DNA from: Octopus vulgaris
Taxonomy: Eukaryota
NCBI GenBank assembly: GCA_951406725.2
Contig: OX597832.1
Coordinates: forward strand, 9,176,001 to 9,240,000
DNA length: 64,000 nucleotides
Reading direction: 5' to 3'
Shown: positions 52,971 through 64,000 of the stretch, piece by piece
Layout of the letters: each line of letters opens with the position of its first letter
Numbering within the stretch: position 1 is the stretch's first letter
Made by a program: the position numbers and the translations under genes
Notes under the pieces: model-generated
Databases searched by the model: none
Seen by the model: the letters and a program-made list of their open reading frames with translations, nothing else
What the model was told of the DNA's origin: nothing

Positions 52971-54384
52971 ATTTATCGAAATATATTTGTCATCACCACC
53001 ACGCTATTACGTTAAAGCGGATATAGATATCTCCAATCTATATCTGATAAAATAACATACTTTAGCATACCACGAATGGTTTCTCTACGCTTTCAGCAAG
53101 ATGTTTGCTACGTTTGCATTGTTCTGATTGTAGAGTTCGTTATTAAATTTAAATATGTATCACTTAATTATAGTTATATGCTTGTACCCACATAATTCTC
53201 CATTGTTCAGTTGATTCAATTAATTGTCTATGTTTACTTAACAAAAATGATCGGAGAAATTGTCCCTTTATATTGTACATAAATGAGTTGTATTCATTCA
53301 CATTTCACTGACCGAAGATTGAAATTACACGAAATTATAAAACTCATTGTTCCTCCTGTCACATATATATTTCCTAATTTACGAAAGTGATATATTAAAA
53401 ATATCTAATATAGCTGAATAGTTTACGAGAAGGTCCTTTGCTATAATCATAAATGGGCATAATATTAATACCAATACTTTTGAGAAACCGAATATCGTCG
53501 TACCAAAACAAATATATCAATGATTCTTATTGAAATGAAATAAAATGTTGCATTTATGTCTAACTTCAAATATTCGAATGCATTTTTTTTCCTGATTAAA
53601 TTTATCAGCATCTTATAAATTCTTAAAATACAATTGAAAACACCTTATCAAAGGTTGAATAATACCACAATGGCCTTTATCAAGATAAAGAGAAGAAAAA
53701 TGTTTGTGGTTTGTTTTGTTAATAACACCTATTTTAAATTAAATATCTGAGATAATGTTTTTATTGGTTTTCTGAAGTCGCATTATTGATGCACATTAAA
53801 AGGATAATTTTCCTCCTAACATCTTATGGGATTTATCTTATATACAAATTTTATAACAAAACAAAACAAGAGACTACGCAAGAGATAATATATGTAAATA
53901 TTGTACGAAAAATTTCAAGCTGCTTAAATGTCGAAAATAGTTGAAATTTCAATCATTGAGTGTTTTTTTTTAGATCTAATAAAATACTTAAAAATTTCTT
54001 AATATCAATTCATACAGATGAATTGTAAATGTCATATATTCTATGTTAGTAAGAATATTAGCCATAAATTTTATTAAATTGATCATAAGGATTATTGCGC
54101 ATTGAGGTGTGAAATTCTAGATGAATAAAAGTCCGCCTGCCACTTTAATTATTAATAATTCCATATATGTTGGTTGCAATAACAATGTACCCCTGTTTCA
54201 ACTATATTTTTAGCTTACAATTCGTGCTACAGAAACTTGTATTGTTATGAGCAAATATATTCCTCTGTAGACATGTTTGCAGTTATTTTCGCTGTGTAGT
54301 AATGATTCCTGCATGTAAATCCATAACCAACAATCGTGCAAAATGCCGATGCAGCTGGCAACAATATCTTCTTATACATTATTG

Positions 54385-54510
54385 CGGCAAGCCGCAAGGA
54401 TGATTAGCACGCCGGGTAGTATGCTAAGCGGTGTAATCCTCTTCTTTACTTTCTGTGTTCATATTTCGCCGGGGCTGGTTTTGCCTTTAGTCCTTACGGC
54501 GTCCATGATG
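54385..54510 (+). mobile_element. Degraded SINE family A 5' half
   Basis: TTAGCACGCCGGG...ATGCTAAGCGGT...TTCTGTGTTCATATTTCGCCG...TTTGCCTTT matches the family A head. Confidence 0.6.
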
Positions 54511-54589
54511 ATTGTTTTATTCATATAAAGAGGGAGAGAGTTCGGGATCGACAAGATGTAACAGAATTTCTTAATATCTTTTATTATTT

Positions 54590-54914
54590 TTTTTTATTGT
54601 TTCAGTCATTTTACTACAGCCATGCTGGGGCACTGCCTTGAATGTGTTGAATGCTGATACTTATTCTATTATTCTCTATTGCCGAAATGCTAAGTTGCAT
54701 GACGTAAACACCCCTAACACCCCTAACACCGGCTGATAACTCAGACACACACACACGCAGATACTCACACATACACACACACACACTCACGCACACACAC
54801 ATGTATGTATATATACATATACAATGACCTTCTTTCAGTTTCTGCCTACCAAATTCACTCAAAAGGCTTCATTCGGCTCGACACTATAGTACAAGATACT
54901 TCCCCAAGATGCCA
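54590..54914 (-). mobile_element. Head-less SINE family B copy (within local duplication)
   Basis: Same truncation point (CAAGATGCCA|ATGACAA) and same flanks as 50330-50648. Confidence 0.8.
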
Positions 54915-56045
54915 ATGACAAACAAATTATTTTTCCTTGTAGAGAAGTTACCCGGCATATGTCAATCTACAATCACCGACCTAGTCAAGTAGTCTTCAAC
55001 TAAAAATGAAAAAAGCCAGGAGAATTTACTTCTAAAAAACAATCTGGTAATGTCCCTATACTGTGGCTGTTATTTCATGTGGTTCCCTACACCTCTCGTT
55101 TCACAGTGTATCTATGAATTTATTGTGTACGATATGCAGCAAAACTGCTGGCCTTGTACAAAACATTGAAATCAATACCTTATACTTCAAGCAAATATAA
55201 ATGAATGTGTTCAGATATTTGGTTACCTAAATCTTTTACTTAAACAAACCTTTTTTTAAAGTAACTTTGTCCTAAATTTTCACAATTCGATTCAGATGTT
55301 TATTTAGCCGTCGTTTCGTATGACTTTCAGAAATCCTACGTCACTTTGGAAGTTGGAAGTATATTGGGAATGTGTAAAATACATGATGTATGGGAACCAG
55401 TGAAATTTGTCCTCTGAATCATATAGGGCATACGGTGAATTCAAGAGGTTAATTATTCTTTATTTAACCAGGTCAATGGAAACGATAATGATCATTTTAA
55501 AAGAGAAACATTGATACGTGAATCTTAAGTGGTTATTTTTTGTCATCTGTTTGACATCTATTAGAGATACGATAAACGGTGGGTTCAGAATTTTAGATTC
55601 GCTATCTTCAGTAAAAGTCAATGTTTATCAATATGTATAGCATGCGCACACACATACACAGGGAGAGAGAGGGGAATATGTGTTTGGTTAAGTTAGGTTG
55701 TCAGATCTGAGATGTAAGAGGACGGTGGCTTGGTTAACGTCGTGTGTGATCACGAGGAACTACGCATATTTAAATTTGAAAGAAATAGCCGTGGCGATAA
55801 AGACATCGAAGCAAAGGAAGCGTCAGTACGAACGGGTATATTTTTAGGTAGAGTCAAAGTAGGGTTTCACCGATAGTCATGTGCTTGAAATAAGTAAAGT
55901 AATGAGAAACGATATTGTTAGAGTGATCGATGGAAATAAATATCATAAACAAATCGACAGGTAAGTTCGGAGATATAGCTCTATTAGTTCAGAAACGTGT
56001 TGGTTAAAAGGTTCATATAGGAAATGAAAGTGTTGCTAAGTGTAT

Positions 56046-56291
56046 ACTCTTTACTCTTTACTCTCTACTTGTTTCAGTCATTTGACTGCGGCCATGCTGG
56101 AGCACCGCCTTTGGTCGAGCAAATCGACGCTAGGACTTATTCTTAGTAAGCATGGTATTTATTCTATCGGTCTATTTTTGCCGAACCGCTAATGTACGGG
56201 GATGTAAACACACCAGCATCGATTGTCAAGCGATGTTGAGTGACAAACACAGAGACACAAGCATACACACACACACATACACACACACACA

Positions 56292-56365
<74 letters not shown>

Positions 56366-56530
56366 CTCAACGGACTTCTTTCAGGTTCCATCTACCAAAT
56401 CTACTCACAAGGCTTTGGTCGGCGCGAGGCTAGAGTAGAAGACACTTGCCCAAGGTGCCACGTACTGAGACTGAACCCGGAATCATGTGGTTGGTAAGCA
56501 AGCTACTTACCACACATCCACTCCTGCGCC
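56046..56530 (-). mobile_element. SINE family B, full-length, with expanded internal microsatellite
   Basis: GGCGCAGGAGTGG...GGGTTCAGTCTCAGTACGTGGCACCTTGGGCAAGTGTCTTCTAC (CORE-like ACCTTGGGCAAGT); internal (CA)(CATA)(AT) tract; (AAAGAGT)n tail. Confidence 0.9.
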
Positions 56531-57382
56531 TGTATGATAAATATCTTCTATAAACTTGCTCCTCTATCTTTCGTATGAAAGTAAATTACAATAAATCCGT
56601 CACGACATCCGAATGTATAAGTAGTGATAGCTGTGCGATATTATATTCATGCTGGATACAAGAATTTCCACTTAGTTGAACATGGAAAATGACTAGCAGC
56701 TGAATAGGAAACTAGGTTTTTGGTGAGAAAATAATGGTACTGCAGTCAAGAATATGATTAAAAGTGAAGAGAGTGTCAGTGTTTGGTTTGAAGTCATACA
56801 GAAATTTTTTGTCCGCAGTAAAGAGGAATCAAGAAGAAGCAGAGCGAAAGACGAAACTATTAATGAAGAGAGGGGGTAAGGTATAAATAGTAGGCAAAAA
56901 TGAAGGCAGCCAGGAAAAATGCGCTTGGGTGACTCTCTATAGGGTAGTTGCAAGTGGACTTGATAGGTGTAGTGTTGAGTATCTTAAATATATTGATCAC
57001 GATGGTCAGTGATGAGGACAAATTATGGGGCTGTGCTGAAGGGAAATTGATAGTCCAGTGCATGCCATTTGTATTTCGCGGACCATACCAACGGGTACGT
57101 CAGCATTTTTGGTTTTGTTATATGCTAAACATTCCGCAGATCCAGCATGAATATAGAAGCTTTCCTATTTCTATATGCAATTTTCTTTTCTTTTAACGCA
57201 ATTTTCACCACTATTTTGATAAAACCACATAACTGCACTAAATCATCATAATCTTACAACGGTGCATAGACTCACACGTCTATCCATATAAACAATCACA
57301 CACATACGTCTGATATATACTGTGACCGTCACCATATAGTTGCCATTCAACCAATATTTACATACAAATGCCTAATGAAAAA

Positions 57383-57420
<38 letters not shown>

Positions 57421-57782
57421 CACATAACTTAATGTATATAGAGAGACATACACATACACACAGGCGCAGAAAAAGTAGCATAGCTAACTCATAAACAATC
57501 AAGAGATACTCCATGTTGCGAAGTTTTTCTAGTTTGCAAACTACTTTTTTCTTCTACTCACTTACACCTTACACACGAACGCGTTCTTCTTTTTCCTGTT
57601 AGTACCGGTAAATCAAATCGGCTTTTCTGTGTTTCATATTTTTCATTTCCTCTTTTTTTCTTTCTGGTGAAAGTCTGTAAAATCCGATGAGTAAAGTACT
57701 TCTCCTTTTCATCAATTCAGCGCTAAACTAATATAATTATTGATTGTATTGTGAATTGTCCTTGTATTATACACTTCAATAT

Positions 57783-57878
<96 letters not shown>

Positions 57879-57882
57879 TTAT

Positions 57883-57925
<43 letters not shown>

Positions 57926-57952
57926 CATACATGCATTCACACACACACACAG

Positions 57953-57986
<34 letters not shown>

Positions 57987-60215
57987 GTATGTGCGCGTAT
58001 GTATGTGTGTGTGTGTGAGTGTATGTGTGCATGCCTGAATTTATGCTTGCGATTGAATGTGTGAATTTGTTTTTTTTTTTACATAATGATTCCTGCATAT
58101 AAGTTTTAGCGCATGAAATAGAAAGGCCGCCATGCGGTTCTGAAACTGTAATTTAAAATCTACATTTCTATCTATTATAAAGCATTCAGAATACGTATTT
58201 GTATACAGTTAGAAATGCCGTTTTTAACAACCACTTTATTTCTGAATGTAGACATAATCTATGTGTATTTCAATATTTCTTTTCACCGCCATATCACTAG
58301 AATGTTTGGCTTTGAAAATCTCATTAACATGTCTCTTTTCTATGTTATTATCTTCTAAACAACTGTCTGGTAATCATTATTTACTTTCATTTTCTAAACG
58401 CATTAACATTCCTACGTTCCTCTCAAACAGGCGATGATGTCAACAATGTCGGACACAGGATAGTCATTAATACCATTTCTGTAGCTAGAATGTTGCTGTA
58501 TTTTTATTCCGTCACTTGTATGCTTCAATATGCAGCAGAAATATATTATTCAACACGATATCTACTGACAGCTGTTATTGTGTCTATGCAATTCCAGTTT
58601 CCTACAGACTCATATGAATACACATTCATACAAGTCATTCACACGCACACTTATTCATACTGACTTGTATATTTATGCATATGAATTCATATATTATACA
58701 TACACTCACGCACGCACTCACACATACACACACGCACGTGTGTATGTGTGTACGAATGTATATGTTTTAATATTGAATCTATACAATATTTTTGCTGATC
58801 TGAAAAACAGTCTTCACCCGCACGTTTGAGGAAACACATCATGGCGATCATAATAGGGGCTAGTACGAAAACTCTCGAGATGACTCCCCGCTATTGTGTG
58901 CCAAGAAGCTTTACGTGGCGGTAGGGCATTTTGTAAGAAAAGGTAATGTAAAAACTTCGTGGGAGAAGTTTAAAGGAGAATTCATCTAGTGAGAAATCTT
59001 CACGGTGTACGTGGTAAACGCTTAAAAACTGATTGAAACTATGCTTATGTGAGAACTGTGGAGGGGAATGGAAGTGTGACGGGTAAGTACCCGATCTGAA
59101 AATACTGTGTGGACTTATGCATGTGTATGTTTGTATGTAAGATGATGGTTGTAGCAAGCATCGCAGTCAACTGATGGAAAGTCTATCATTTATAGTTATA
59201 GCACTGTCCACCACTTTTTAACTACATATCAATTTCCATGCTGAGTGGAACGGAAAATATCTGTTTTACAGTCCAGTAGAAGTCTGGGTAACATGAGTTG
59301 TTTACTACAATTCTGTCTTGAATCGGGCAGCCGTTGCATCACTTACCGTTAACGAAAAAAGGCTTGCACACCTTCAGGTCTCTCCCAACTAATGCTGTAA
59401 TCCGCCATGCCTTCTTCGAACGTCAGATAGAGTGCAAACAATAATTTTAACTTTTCAGCTCTACATAAATCATAAAACTATGACAGTTGGTCATATATTT
59501 TTATATGTTCTGAACTTTCACTTTTAATGTGATATTGCACTTATTAATGCTAGACATATTTTAGCAAAATAATAATTGTATGCCTTTCCGGTGGACTTCA
59601 GTGTGTTATTTTTATCGTTGTATTAACAGGACGTCTAGTGCAGCGATATAATATTGAATTCGTGGTGCAACCATTGCTACCATTTCTATATATTAGATTG
59701 TATAGATTGCTAGATTACTTTAAATAAGTATCGACAGTGGATTATTTGCTCTTTGCAGTGCTGTGTTTGGATTGCTACAGAAATTTATGTTCCCTTATGT
59801 TTATACCATTATATATGATGATTTCCATCGCACACATCAGGCAGCGGCTCAAGTTTTCTTGCAGAATTATAAAATAATGGTCATCATGCGTGCATCATAA
59901 TGACCGCTGGCACGCTTGTCATGATGTATTTCCTTTTAAAGAAAGTGCAACTCAGTTCAAATTGATAGGATATGATATTCCATTAGATTGTCTTTCAAGC
60001 GGAAAACATACTTTGTTTAATTGGATGTAATATGAAGTGAATTAACACTTAGCTATATTAGTCTTCTACAGCCAATTGCTGAATCGCTAAATCAAAAGAA
60101 GCTACCACACACAATTTGGCGTTTACAAAAGACTCATAACTGACAAACGTCTGCTGATGTGTTATTTACCTTACCAGTGATAAAATAGTCAGCTCAATTT
60201 AATTTTATATTTAAA

Positions 60216-60613
60216 CTAGCAGTATCGCCCGGCGTTGCTCGTGTTTGTAAGGGAAATAACTATATCAGCATTTTTAGAGTTGTTAAGTATAATAGCCATC
60301 TCAATATGGTTAACCACAAAGGGGGGGGGGTGTTACTCTATCTTTTTACGTTATGAGATTTAATAATAAATTTTTAGAGAATTCCTTCCCTTATATATGC
60401 CAAAAATGCATTAAAAATGGGAAAAATTGATGGTAATTTCTTTTTAAATCGTAGACTCATCGTAGATGTGCGCAAATACCCAGAAGGGCTCGATATGAAT
60501 CACGACTATAAGATACCCGGTTTTGGTTAAACTGCACCGCAAAATATAGGAGTAGTTAGGAATCTAAATCGTAGGAGACAGACAGCATACAACCTCACTT
60601 TTATATATAAAGA
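60216..60613 (-). mobile_element. Non-autonomous Helitron-like element (family H2)
   Basis: Minus strand A|TCTTTATATATAAAA ... GAGCAACGCCGGGCGATACTG-CTAG|T; shares long blocks with 9549-10062. Confidence 0.87.
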
Positions 60614-62801
60614 TTCGAAATACGCAGCAAAAGCAGCTCCATGAAAAGATTTATCAATGACACGTATGAAGGTATGTGTGTTGTTTTAAAAGCAGGCGTC
60701 GCAATTTTTTCGTCCGGGATGAAACGAATGAGCCCGAGCAGTAATCCCCAGAGCAACAGATACCGTATTTCCTCGCCGTAGCGGCGACTTACAAAAGCCG
60801 TGTATAGTTGCATTTCCCAGCTATTCAAAACACTTGGTGTACTTCGACTGGAGTTGCATGCAATATAATATTAGCATCATTGCTTCCGCAAGCATTTGAG
60901 TGAAGTGCCGATGTATATCTACATTTAAATCTCTAGAATTACGTATCCCTTACTAACTCATGTAAGAGCGATCCTGGATAATCTAATTGTGTCTTGAACA
61001 CTCCCTAGATTTATCATAAAACACTCATTATATTATTGATGAAGTTGTCAAAATTATTTCTCATTAATTAAACTATGTCGGGTGTCCTCTACTGGCCTTT
61101 TCTAATGCGATTCTAAGCTACAAAATCCCCGAACTATTACCCTCATTATTAGCTTATTACGTTTACTTTCACTATCTGCTAAGACTGTAAACGGAATAAC
61201 ATTTAAAATTATTCCCCCTCTGTGCTGCATCTGCCGTTTGTATTGACTTATGATGTATACAGGCAATAGCAAAGGCAAGCCTTTGCCGCTCTGGTATCAC
61301 CATTATCCCTTCCCGAACCTTTTGTAATCTTGACAACGAGACATATTCTGTTATAAGTACTACTTCCCTCAAAATAATGTCCATCGCTAGACATCGGTTA
61401 CTTTTAATGAGATTTGTTACTTTGGCAGCTCAATGTTTTAGAGAAAATGATATATGTAAATATCTTTCTTGCATGAACTTAAGAATAGATCTCAGGTCGT
61501 GAGGCAACTTCCTACGTCAAATATAACTGCACGGAACATTTATTCTTTCACCTCTCTGACAACGATGTTCCCCGACTTTATTATGTACAATATTGTCGCA
61601 GTGATTGCCGAGAATCACATTCCTGGCGACCAACGAAAGGTTTTTCATTAAAATCATTTCTTTGTGTATTTATATCAAAAGATGTATCGTTGGTGTGCTG
61701 ATACTGTTGTTAGTCCAATCAGTATTGTTCACATTGTTCAAACTGATGCTTGTAAACTGCTGCGATATCCCTTGATTATGATCAATACCTCTGCCTAACT
61801 ATACAATTAGATTTGGCATTATTTTTAAGAGATTAGAGTATTGTATCTCGTTAGCAATGTTCATCTTCAACGTTTTTGTGGATGGATTACTATTGAGAAG
61901 GTATCTTTAATTAGAGTGCTAATAGAATTAGTATCAACGGGCGTAATAAGTTTTAAAATGTCATGCCGCAAGATTATCTCTGCATGGGGCAAATGTCAAG
62001 CATTATTAAGGTATAGAGCGCTACCGGAAAAATATAACAACTTGGAAACAAAAGACGTAGTAAAAGAAATGTTGAAGGTAGGCAAAGCAAGATTAGTAGA
62101 TTCTATTTTCAGACAACACACACAGAATGGAATGTCGTGGTGTAATACAATAACCTTAAAATAAGAGTAATATCAAAATTGGATATGTGTACATTATTCG
62201 GATTCAGATTATAAAACTGAGTTTTAAAGAATCAATTTCTGTTAATAATAGCTGGGAAATAAACAGCAAGGAATATATTTAAAAAGAGAAAACTAATATA
62301 TTTCTGCGTTTGATTTTATAACGTCGATCTCACAAGATTTTGTGACACTTTTATTGATAATTTCAGTAATGATGGCGCGATATGTGTGAAGATATATAAG
62401 TAATCACAAGAGTAAAAGTAATAGGAGTAATATACTGTTTACTGTGGCATGAGAAATGTGTTAGACGATTACAGTACAGCAAATATAAAAATTAGATGCA
62501 GTCAACGATATAATCGACACTATTAATATAATGATACGAATTCAATTGATGCTCTTTAAACAACAGTCTAAAATAAATGGAACAATACCGAAGCCGTCTA
62601 AAATTCTTTAAAATAATAAAACGATTTTAAGAAAATTTATTCTATATAACAGATTTTTAAGAATAATGCTTCTAATAACAGATATTACCATGAAGCCAGT
62701 TAATGTATCTTATTAGCAACTCGTCTCGCAAAATCTTCTAATTAATGATATATATATATATGTATCTGTGTGTGTGTGTATATATACGTATGTATGTATA
62801 T

Positions 62802-63760
62802 ACAATGTTTCAATACTATTGAAGATGTTAACTGGTTTAAAGCAATTAGAAATAAGTATACAGCAAGATTTACACAATTTGATATTGTAGATTGCTATGC
62901 ATCTATTTATAGAAAACTGCTAGATAAAGACTTCATTTTCGCAAGCGATTTTACAAAGATTAGTGAACAAGATACGGATATAATGCCCCATGCTAAAAAG
63001 ACCTTAGCTGTCAGCAAGAAAGCAGAGTTGGTCAAGACAATTGACGCAGAGGGTTCTTTCGATGTGAGAATGCGATCATATGATGCAGCAGGCATATGCC
63101 ATCTCTTTGGGCCAGTCCTGCTTCACACGTTATGAAAACATTTACATGGTGTATATCTAACTACTTCTAGGGATGATGCTCTAGATTTAGCTTAAGAGTA
63201 CCCATGGACCCGCGGAAGATCGGTTATGAAAACATTTGATCAACCTGATATTTACGAATTTCCTTGACGTATCTCTAGATTTACAAAAGAATATTTACAA
63301 ACCCTATAGAAAGACCAATGATAGATTTAATTATATTAATGTAGTGTTTATGACTTTAGTCTCCTCCAGTATAAACATATTTAATAATGCCGCCCCACTA
63401 CATAACAATGTCCTTATAGTGAGTGGATTTAATGAGAAAATAGCTTACACATAAGCTATTAGGCTAGAAATAAAGAAAAGGAAACAGAGACACAGGAAGA
63501 AATTTTAATAGCAATCCTTTACTCCCCCGAAATGACCTTTAATATAGGTAAATCTTTCTAGTCCCTTATATATAGACAGACATTTTTCAATACTTCATAA
63601 AGATAGGAAACGTTTTATAGGCAAAATCTAAAACTTAGTCTTAGTTCAACCCTAAATTTAAAAAGCCTAATTAAACACAATCATGCAGAGATAAAGACTT
63701 GTGCCCGCTAAATTGAACCTGTATGACCGAGGCCATTATTTATGAAGACACCATTAATTC
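62802..63760 (+). mobile_element. Penelope-like element reverse transcriptase fragment (pseudogene)
   Basis: WFKAI..K...FTQFDIVDCYASI (motif A), FDVRMRSYDAAGICHLFG (motif B, cf. FDVTMGSYDGAEICELVG), SRDDAL (~63167, YRDD), TNFLDVSLDL..YKPYRK.N and IFNNAAP..N.L..SGF; interrupted by stops and deletions. Confidence 0.9.
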
Positions 63761-63872
63761 TTCGAACGCTTAATATGTTTTAATTTTTGATATATTTTTC
63801 CTATTCTCCTTTTTAATTATGTGAATGTGTACGCGTGTGAGTATATGTATATGTATGTATATAATTGATATG

Positions 63873-63905
<33 letters not shown>

Positions 63906-64000
63906 TGTTAATTTATTGTGTAGTTTTAGTGAACTGGTTCTCGTAACGTTTACTTTCATTATGCCAGTGCGGCCTACTAATGTTTCGGTTATTATCTATG

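Noticed and set aside
56690-57090. Possible degraded RT fragment on the minus strand
   Set aside because: Motif resemblance too weak to call.

Overview
AT-rich eukaryotic non-coding DNA, saturated with microsatellites ((AT)n, (TATC)n, (CA)n, (TAA)n, (GAA)n). The SINE families and repeat texture point to an octopus (coleoid cephalopod) genome; this is an inference. No host protein-coding gene could be supported, and almost all ORFs in the supplied track are microsatellite translations. The window is mostly decayed transposable elements: two Dong/R4-type (RLE) LINE fragments, the younger inserted in TAA repeats; a full-length but dead mariner with TIRs and TA TSD; two maT/DD37D-like remnants; three non-autonomous Helitron-like elements; RTE LINE ends; three tRNA-derived SINE families; and many Penelope-like element (PLE) fragments. 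Most notable: a 783-bp near-perfect palindrome built from a PLE 3' end carrying a variant hammerhead motif; a fully foldable minimal hammerhead ribozyme at 27700-27770; a near-perfect antisense match to miR-137; an RTE C-terminus with three tandem C2H2-like fingers; 184-bp head-less SINE tandems; and a well-spaced TATA/Inr core promoter on the minus strand near 3985. All family assignments come from recalled motifs, not database searches, and boundaries of degraded elements are approximate.
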